Made by a program: the position numbers and the translations under genes. This document shows, piece by piece, positions 16,008-22,734 of a stretch of 22,734 bases of DNA. The notes beneath the pieces are model-generated. The model saw only the letters and a list, made by a program, of their open reading frames with translations, searched no databases and was not told the DNA's origin. The stretch's first letter is position 1. Each line of letters begins with the position of its first letter. The DNA comes from Candidatus Heimdallarchaeota archaeon (GTDB lineage Archaea; Asgardarchaeota; Wukongarchaeia; Wukongarchaeales; JBHIFL01). The stretch is from positions 1-22,734 of the forward strand of contig JBHIFL010000062.1 in assembly GCA_046761065.1 (NCBI GenBank), read 5' to 3'.

Positions 16008-18854
16008 ATGAAAGATAAAGAACACGAATTTGCTACCCGAAACAGTCTGGATGAAATTCTTGAACATATTGAAAACGCTATTAAAAATACAAAATTCTCT
16101 TTGCAAGATGTATTAAATGTGACTAGACACTTACTTGTTTGTGAAAATGGGAGCATAAAAGCAAGGGCTCGAGAAACAATTGCACCGGAAGTAAGAAAAT
16201 ACCTTATAGGAGAAAGGAACCTAAGAGCGATTCTTGAAATCCTTCGGAAGGTCAAAATCATCCGAACGGAAGGACATCGGACCATACCATTAGAAAGAGC
16301 TACTGTGTTGCTTGAATATTTACATTCTTTACCTGAAGAGGCGCAGATTAATAAAAATGTCTGGAGTGAGATCGAAAAAGCAGCAAAAAGAGATGGTCAC
16401 AACCCACGAGAAATTTTTGCAGTAGTGAAACATCTGTTTGTACGAAAGGGTGAATTAATTCGTTGTCGTGGAAGAGAGAGAGTTGTAAAAAAGACTGTGG
16501 CCTATAACATAGGTGGCAAAAAACTCCGGAAGTTACTCGCGTACTTAGAACAGGAAGGAATAATTGGAACTAGCGATAAAACCCGTTTTCCTACTGCACG
16601 AGGCGAACAACTCTACCACCAGCTCGAGCAAGGCCAGATCCCTGCAGAATTACCTCCACGCTCAGATCGCTTGACAAAACAAAAAGAGGACTTAAAACAA
16701 AAGATTGCCCAGTATCTTGTAAAATACAAACAACGTTATGGGAAACCCCCCGATGAGGAAACGGCAAAGCAATTTCTTGTTAAGATATGGGACTTACCTA
16801 CTTTTACACGGAAAGATTTAGTTAAAATGTTAACAGAAAAGACGGGGGTTAACCTTAGTGGAGCAAGCTTGTCTAGATACAAACTCGGCCAAAGGGAAAT
16901 GCCGGAACATATTTGCGCTGCACTACACGAGATATCCATAGAGCTGGATGTAGAACGTCTCAAAGAGCGGCAAAAAACTCAACAAGAGCAACTGAAAAAG
17001 CGGGTGGAAACTGCACGAAACGCGTTGCGAGAGCTCTTTGAGAAAGGATTTTCTTTTCCAAAACTCAGTAAACAACTTGAATCGTTGGGTCTGAATATCT
17101 CTGCACCGGTACTAGCTCATATGTCTAGAGGAACCCAAAAGATTCTTTCACAGCATATCCCGCCCATTCTCGAATTACATCATAGAATTAGCACAAAGTA
17201 TCCTGCAATTCCAACAGTTCAAGAGATTGCAGATATGATCAGTATGCTCAATAATATGGGTTATAGTACACTAGAGTTAGCAAGACAAGTCCATAAAAAA
17301 TTACCTCCCCCGAAGAAGAGAGAGATCCAATTCAATGGTGTATCTAAAGCGTTAAGAGAATTCAAGAAAAAACCAGATCGTAAAAAACCTATTCCTCTTT
17401 CTTTTAGGCTTGCGATTAAGCAAGTCTATGATGAATTATTGCTACAACAGAAGGTCGTAATTGACAAACCAATTCAAAAAATTGCTGAAGAGTTACAAAG
17501 CTTTAATTTGCCAATGGATCCCCGGAAAGCCAAGTTCACGGATGCGAAAATTCGAAAAGGGTTGGCTATCGTCCTTATAGCGAAACGGTTGCAAGAGTAT
17601 TTTTATGGAGAATTTCGAGATCGAAGAACTGACCGACCTGATCACTCACGGGTAGTTGCCCCTATTGGCAGCCGACGAATTGCGGCTTTCGCACGGGCCA
17701 AAGGAGTTGACTTAACCTATAACAATATCGAACAGTTCCAACGAATTCTTGAACAAGGAGGTTTTCTTGAACAGGGATGGCTTCCTTCTGGGAAAAAGAA
17801 ATGGTTAGACAGCATAATAACACTTAGTGACTTATTCTGTCTTGAAATCTTTTATCTCTCACGAATTAGAGGCCTAGATTATCTTAATTTTCAAAAACTT
17901 CTTGGCTTACTAAAGCATGTCACGAAGGCGCCTCAGGCGGCGATTGCGGATCTGTTAGGAATTGATAGAAAGACTTTCTATACGGCAATCTCTAATCTCG
18001 AACGCTATCAAGTGGTTACACGAGACGTCATAGGAGACCTTCTTTTAACTCCGAAGGGAGAACTGTTAGCAAATCGCTTACCCCAAGAAATAGACGAAAT
18101 TATAAACTCCAATGCTGATTTAGAAGAGCAATTGGTTTTAATCGGCAAGATAAATAACTATAAGGCGGCTTTGGGTGATATCCTCTTTGAATATATCCTA
18201 GAACGCCTTTTTCCCGATTATCAGATTATAGCCACGGTTCAACCCGTGGGGGAACATGGAATCGATCGGGTTCTCAAAAAAGAAGAAGAGTTAATCGGTG
18301 TAGAATTGAAAGCTCGAATGAAAAGTGACCCTATCTGGCGAACTGAAAAGACATTTCGAATCCTTCTTCGTCATAACTTAGAAATGAAACGTAATTATGG
18401 GAAGTTTCCTCACCATATGTTATTGATAACTACCGCAGATACCTCTGAATACTTTCAAATGATTGCATATCGAGTAAGTAAGCAAATGAAAACCTACCGG
18501 AGTACTCCCATCTTACGATACACTCAGAATCGACTTGCAGATGGGACGCTTCAACTGCGATTTCTCTACGATTTTTCTAAAAAACGATGGATTCGAAGTG
18601 AAGATTCACTGGAAAACACAGACAATAGTGGTATGCGAAATAAAAAGTGGTTCGAAGTTTTCATAATTGGAGATAAACAAATTCGCGAAGTTATAAAAGA
18701 TAATAACCCAGCACAAGAGCTTCTTGCCCTTCTTCAAACATCACGAGAGGAAGTAGTATTGCCAGAATCCCCTGAAGAGACGTTGGATAATTGGAAGAAG
18801 CGAATCATAATTGGAGGTTCACAATCTCTTAGATCAAAGGATTGTTACACATAA
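16008..18854 (+). CDS. 948-aa multi-HTH/wHTH protein with a C-terminal PD-(D/E)xK restriction-endonuclease-like domain
   Basis: Two N-terminal ~90-aa repeats (RHLLVCENGSIKARARE / KHLFVRKGELIRCRGRE), XRE-like helices (LSGASLSRYKLGQREMP; ISAPVLAHMSRG), MarR-like wHTH (QAAIADLLGIDRKTFYTAISNL..LLTPKG), and nuclease motif LGDILFE...GID...GVELK. Confidence 0.8.
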   Translation: MKDKEHEFATRNSLDEILEHIENAIKNTKFSLQDVLNVTRHLLVCENGSIKARARETIAPEVRKYLIGERNLRAILEILRKVKIIRTEGHRTIPLERATVLLEYLHSLPEEAQINKNVWSEIEKAAKRDGHNPREIFAVVKHLFVRKGELIRCRGRERVVKKTVAYNIGGKKLRKLLAYLEQEGIIGTSDKTRFPTARGEQLYHQLEQGQIPAELPPRSDRLTKQKEDLKQKIAQYLVKYKQRYGKPPDEETAKQFLVKIWDLPTFTRKDLVKMLTEKTGVNLSGASLSRYKLGQREMPEHICAALHEISIELDVERLKERQKTQQEQLKKRVETARNALRELFEKGFSFPKLSKQLESLGLNISAPVLAHMSRGTQKILSQHIPPILELHHRISTKYPAIPTVQEIADMISMLNNMGYSTLELARQVHKKLPPPKKREIQFNGVSKALREFKKKPDRKKPIPLSFRLAIKQVYDELLLQQKVVIDKPIQKIAEELQSFNLPMDPRKAKFTDAKIRKGLAIVLIAKRLQEYFYGEFRDRRTDRPDHSRVVAPIGSRRIAAFARAKGVDLTYNNIEQFQRILEQGGFLEQGWLPSGKKKWLDSIITLSDLFCLEIFYLSRIRGLDYLNFQKLLGLLKHVTKAPQAAIADLLGIDRKTFYTAISNLERYQVVTRDVIGDLLLTPKGELLANRLPQEIDEIINSNADLEEQLVLIGKINNYKAALGDILFEYILERLFPDYQIIATVQPVGEHGIDRVLKKEEELIGVELKARMKSDPIWRTEKTFRILLRHNLEMKRNYGKFPHHMLLITTADTSEYFQMIAYRVSKQMKTYRSTPILRYTQNRLADGTLQLRFLYDFSKKRWIRSEDSLENTDNSGMRNKKWFEVFIIGDKQIREVIKDNNPAQELLALLQTSREEVVLPESPEETLDNWKKRIIIGGSQSLRSKDCYT

Positions 18855-18963
18855 TAACATAATCAGGAAAGGATTTTATCTAAGATTTTTACTTCAGTTA
18901 CCAATTGTGAATATTTGGTGGGAATTTTTTAATTTTCGAGACCTACTAATGATGGGTGATGCT

Positions 18964-20370
18964 TTGTTGAGTTGGTACAATGATCCACTTCTCTTAGATG
19001 AACAACCGGTGAATGCCCAATACTGGATTACGGCAAATGACCTGATCATAGAAGGGGCTCAAGATCGCGTGTTTCTCATGCAAAGTGTATGGAATTCGGG
19101 CCAACAATGGATCGTTACCTGGGATGATCGCCTTTGCGAACAATGCCGCCCAATGGCCAACCAAGTCGTCGGCCTCGATCAGCCCTTTATCACTCCCACC
19201 GGGCAACGAATTTTTGTCTGCCAAGAGATCCACTCCAATTGTCGGTGTACGATCGTCCCCGTGCTCCACGAAAATATCGGGAAAAGCCTGAAAGGGTCAC
19301 CCTTTCTGAAAAGTGCCAAGATGCAAGAGGTCGAGGTCAAAGTGGGGCAATTCAGCAAGGCCTTAGCCATAACCGATATCGTGAGTGGCATGTATGAGGG
19401 GGGCATGAACTGTGAGCAGATTGGAAATGCCTTGGGGACTCCCAAACAGACCATCAGCAATTGGCTCAATACTATGGAGATCCCCCCGCGACCAGTTGGG
19501 TTTTTGCAGAAAGAGAAACGAGAGGTTCAGTATGACGACGAAGGGCATCCCGGCTATTGGGTGACTCACAATGGCGTAAAGATATTCATTCGAGAAGGGG
19601 AGTCTATAGAAGATGCATTTAAGCGATGGAAAGGAAAAAAGAAAGACAAGAACAAAGATAAGAGACGGGATGAGAATAAGGGTGACAAAGAAGCCGAGAA
19701 CGAGGCGTATGAGTCATCCATCAAGCTCCCACTGAAAGAAGGCAAGGTTACGGGATTCCCAAAGGATCTGGATAGTGCGCCTACAGAGATCCATCTGAGC
19801 AAAAAGATTCACGAACTTGGGGATAAGGCGGTCGAAAAGACCAAAGAGTCTGGTGAGGAATGGGGCTTTTTCTTGCACTTTAATGAGGCGGGTAGGCTCC
19901 TCCCTGATAAGTTGAAAAGCCCCTCTGAAAAAGCCTCGGGAGGGGAATGGATTATCCTTGCAGAGTATTCAGCAATCAAAAAACAAGATGAATCCATTCA
20001 AGGGATGTTTCATACCCATCCCAAATCCACAACGTTTCCAAGTGGCGAACTCTCCTTTAGCGAAGGGAATTTGGGAACACTTTTGGAAATGGAAGATGCT
20101 CTCCTTCTTTGTAAAGGTCCTCAAGGGGATTATCTACTCGCACTACGAACACAACAAACTCCTTTGGCTCGCAAAGGAATTGGACGTGAAGCAACTCAGC
20201 TCTATAGGGAAATTGCTCGAGACAAGACAATTCTGAATATAAAAAAGGGACTGGAGCGGAAAACCGCAGTTATTAAAGCCGTATTTGAGACCATGGTAGA
20301 AATATGCAAAAAGTATAATATTGCTTTATACAAAGGAGAAGTGGGGAAACCGGCCAAGAAGGTGATTTAG
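18964..20370 (+). CDS. Phage head-morphogenesis (MuF/SPP1 gp7-like) C-terminal half fused to an HTH, a 'WVTxNG' motif and a JAB/MPN-like domain
   Basis: WIVTWDDRLCEQC...IHSNCRCTIVP (MuF Cys/His motifs); MNCEQIGNALGTPKQTISNWL (HTH); GYWVTHNGVKIFIREGES; EEWGF...FHTHP...SFSEGNL. Start moved to TTG 18964 on the basis of the GGTGAT SD and homology with 15398. Confidence 0.8.
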   Translation: MLSWYNDPLLLDEQPVNAQYWITANDLIIEGAQDRVFLMQSVWNSGQQWIVTWDDRLCEQCRPMANQVVGLDQPFITPTGQRIFVCQEIHSNCRCTIVPVLHENIGKSLKGSPFLKSAKMQEVEVKVGQFSKALAITDIVSGMYEGGMNCEQIGNALGTPKQTISNWLNTMEIPPRPVGFLQKEKREVQYDDEGHPGYWVTHNGVKIFIREGESIEDAFKRWKGKKKDKNKDKRRDENKGDKEAENEAYESSIKLPLKEGKVTGFPKDLDSAPTEIHLSKKIHELGDKAVEKTKESGEEWGFFLHFNEAGRLLPDKLKSPSEKASGGEWIILAEYSAIKKQDESIQGMFHTHPKSTTFPSGELSFSEGNLGTLLEMEDALLLCKGPQGDYLLALRTQQTPLARKGIGREATQLYREIARDKTILNIKKGLERKTAVIKAVFETMVEICKKYNIALYKGEVGKPAKKVI

Positions 20371-20529
20371 TTGTCGAAGTCCGAAAAACTCTCCCAAGAA
20401 CGATCAAAGCGTTTTGAGGAAGGAAAGCTAGTTTGTGACTTGGACGGTCTTTATGAATACCTTGATGCAGTCGCAGAGGAAGCATTGGAAGAAAAAGCAA
20501 AAACCGAGAAAGCACAAACTAAACCCTAA
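20371..20529 (+). CDS. 52-aa charged protein, candidate immunity or partner protein (below the ORF-track cutoff)
   Basis: AGGTGAT SD inside the upstream gene end; TTG immediately after its TAG; MSKSEKLSQERSKRFEEGKLVCDLDGLYEYLDAVAEEALEEKAKTEKAQTKP. Confidence 0.6.
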   Translation: MSKSEKLSQERSKRFEEGKLVCDLDGLYEYLDAVAEEALEEKAKTEKAQTKP

Positions 20530-20633
20530 TTTTCCTTGCAATTCTTATTCTTGTCAAATAATGGTTCTCCAGCCGTTTTGACAAATCGCTTTTATGTTTC
20601 TAAATGACATATACAAGGGAGTGTGAGGTTTCT

Positions 20634-21005
20634 ATGAGTGTAGAAACCGAGAGCGAGACAATCCTGCTCCATGTCGAATTTAACAAGGGACTAGGGAATC
20701 CACTGTGCATCCCTTTTGCGAAAGACGCCATCGACACTGAGAAGCGAATGATCCGTGGGTATGCCTCCACGGAAGCCTTAGATCGTGAGGGCTAGATCAG
20801 CTCCAAGGCTGCGGTGGCTGAAGCACTAGTCGAGTATCTCCAGGTAAATCCGACGATCCGCGCCAAACACAGGCCGCCACCGATTGGCAAGGCGATCAAA
20901 GAACTGACCAAGATGGACAAGGTCGGCCTGTACGTCTATGCAAATATCTTCAAAGACTACCAAGCGGCCGATGACGCATGGTCCGTGATCAACCAAGGCG
21001 ATAGT
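20634..21005 (+). pseudogene. HK97-type prohead (maturation) protease, interrupted and truncated
   Basis: RMIRGYASTEALDREG*I...NPTIRAKH..PIGK...DKVGLYVYANI...AWSVINQG; TAG at 20793 joins the two track ORFs in one frame; similarity ends before the catalytic GxSIG serine motif. Confidence 0.85.
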
Positions 21006-21682
21006 ACACGTTTTTTTCAGTCCTTAGATACTCCACATAACTTTCCCATGTTCGTCCCTTTTTACCCATCTTTTCTTTTTCTTTGAGGACTTTATTAATT
21101 GAGTTCATAAGGTTCTTTAGATGTTCAGCCACTATCTGTACTTTTTCTTCCATTTTTATTCACTGTAGAAAAAAGAAGGAAGATATGTATTTAGACTTGC
21201 TCCGTGAAAGAGCCGTAAATGGTGGAGCAGATTGCTCCCAAGGAAACTCGTTTATTTTATCTTTAAATTGCTATTTTGCTTGATTTTAGATTTTCATGGT
21301 AGTGTCTCTTTTTCCCCAAGGATCCCAACCCACCGTTTCAACACATGATAGGGATACGTTAAAAATTGGCGGTGGGTTGTTCGCTGGGGGAAACTGGAAG
21401 GGGGATTGTCTCAACCGCCGATCTCTCTCAAGATCCTTCAGGTATGGTATCAAATTTGCGATTTTTCAACGAAGGTTCACCTAGGTGAAAGGGAGTTATC
21501 ACCCTCCCAAAGAGGAACGCCATAATTTCAGAAATGCCCCCCGTTCGTAGAACGTCTCGAACAACTCATAGATACGAGTATTGACATAATCTGGTTGTTT
21601 GATGCTTATCAAATGCTCTGTATTGAGTAATTTATCCCGCAATTGGGATGACGGCCTGAGTGATGGACGTTTAGACTTTGTA

Positions 21683-22207
21683 CTATTGAGTTTCTAAATG
21701 CTTTCTGGCTTCCTGCATAAGAATCCTGTGCACAGGGGCAGTGATCCAGAAGCCGGCTCTTGCAAGTTCAGTAAGGAGCAAATCGAGCTCTTCAAGCGAA
21801 ATCAGTTTCTTATAAGCCATCTTCAAGAGAAGGGCGGGTGTTCGTAACGGGGAGAAGTCTAGGGCTTTGGCGGCATTGTAGGCAATCTGGTCATCCACAA
21901 GAACATATTCACTGGATTCTTGTTTAGCTAGGGCCAACATGCTTGCTTCTCCTTTATGAAGCCCTTTTGTTGCTAAAACCTTTTCTCTCCATGCTTGCGC
22001 CTCTGTCTTTAGCTGGACAACATTTAATAACCCTCCCACTTCCTCCTCAATGCCTATGACTTCTGAATGTCCCAACTCTTTTCCTCGAAGAATCTCCTCT
22101 AACACCTCGGAAGCAATCAAAATGCTAGAGAATAGCTTGCGCAATAGTTTTAGTTTGGGAAGTTGGGCTAGGTAGATCAATGGAGACGCATTACTTACAC
22201 TGACCAA
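21683..22207 (-). CDS. DUF3368-family PIN-domain toxin; start TTG 22207 rather than 22336
   Basis: VSNASPLIYL...VLEE...LHKGEASMLALA...VLVDDQIA...AGFWI. Confidence 0.88.
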   Translation of the reverse strand: MVSVSNASPLIYLAQLPKLKLLRKLFSSILIASEVLEEILRGKELGHSEVIGIEEEVGGLLNVVQLKTEAQAWREKVLATKGLHKGEASMLALAKQESSEYVLVDDQIAYNAAKALDFSPLRTPALLLKMAYKKLISLEELDLLLTELARAGFWITAPVHRILMQEARKHLETQ

Positions 22208-22209
22208 AG

Positions 22210-22512
22210 CTAACCACCGAAAATCGCCCGAAGATCCTCTCGGGCCTCTTCTTCGGTGTAGACGACAATCCGTCGCTGCCTGATCTCCTCGATCATTTCC
22301 CAAAGGGACCGATCCGCGATCTCTGCCGCTTTCCACAAGGTGATTTTTCGTTTTGCATATAAATTAAGAGCTTTTTCGAGGGTTTTCACGGATAACCCGA
22401 TCTCAATTAGCTTACGAATTGCTGTTGATCGATCTGTTTGCTCTTCCTGTGCAATTTTATCAATTTCTGCGGCAGTCTTGGGATCTGTCCGTGTGGTCAA
22501 TGTAACCGACAT
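22210..22512 (-). CDS. UPF0175-family antitoxin with an N-terminal RHH; start ATG 22512
   Basis: GGTGA SD; IDKIAQEEQTDRSTAIRKL (RHH), ALNLYAKRKITLWKAAEIADRSLWEMIEE (UPF0175); coupled to the PIN gene. Confidence 0.88.
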   Translation of the reverse strand: MSVTLTTRTDPKTAAEIDKIAQEEQTDRSTAIRKLIEIGLSVKTLEKALNLYAKRKITLWKAAEIADRSLWEMIEEIRQRRIVVYTEEEAREDLRAIFGG

Positions 22513-22734
22513 GTCTTTCACCTGATACATTTGATGCAATTCGATACAAACTAAAAAAAAGATTCTCATTCATGCTAAAGATTCTACAGTAGCTGACAAG
22601 TAAAAATCCATACAACTTGGCGTGGGAATTGTAAGTTTAATATTACCCTTCGTGGGTGAAGGTAATACTGATACGATTCGTACACTTCTAGGGATTGGAG
22701 TATTCTGTTTAGCCGTAGCGGGAATAAACAGCCT

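Larger units (their letters stand above)
13837..21005. mobile_element. Decayed provirus-like or accessory island; boundaries uncertain
   Basis: MuF-to-prohead-protease order is typical of tailed-virus head modules; nuclease and AbrB cargo; AT-richer than the left arm. No integrase, terminase, portal, capsid or att duplication is visible. Confidence 0.5.

Noticed and set aside
18811-18963. N-terminal 51 aa of the 519-aa track ORF
   Set aside because: Overlaps the upstream gene end and AT-rich spacer; the SD and the paralogous start indicate initiation at 18964.
22641-22668. Imperfect 11-6-11 inverted repeat resembling a tyrosine-recombinase or dif site
   Set aside because: The arms need a bulge to pair, there is no partner site or recombinase, and it could be chance or a TA operator.
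1-22734. CRISPR array, tRNA or rRNA genes
   Set aside because: No regularly spaced repeats, cloverleaf or rRNA signatures noticed by eye; tRNAscan-SE/Infernal would be needed to exclude them.

Overview
Archaeal genomic DNA. An Asgard host, possibly Heimdallarchaeia-like, is inferred from a Sec61alpha-like SecY, an Asgard-style TPR regulator and surface proteins with a W-x-G-x4-HDP motif; this was not verified. The left part (1-11.5 kb) holds two tandem paralogous surface proteins (the first is missed by the ORF track), a membrane-anchored wHTH regulator, a SAM methyltransferase, decayed M20-peptidase and ICMT genes, a secreted protein, a TPR-wHTH protein, an MNT-HEPN pair with a broken antitoxin and a DUF5771-like remnant. 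The centre holds an orphan secY whose first ~417 codons and upstream non-coding DNA are almost saturated with C on the + strand, switching abruptly to ordinary composition at ~13110 inside the gene. The right part (13.3-22.7 kb) is an AT-richer accessory or virus-derived island. It carries a split LAGLIDADG gene, an AbrB-type regulator, a 948-aa multi-HTH PD-(D/E)xK nuclease, a MuF-type head protein fused to a JAB-like domain with a small downstream ORF, a prohead-protease pseudogene and a UPF0175/DUF3368 TA pair. The LAGLIDADG unit and the MuF-JAB protein begin with the same ~40-aa module, in inverted orientation. Family assignments come from motif recognition by eye; no searches were run.
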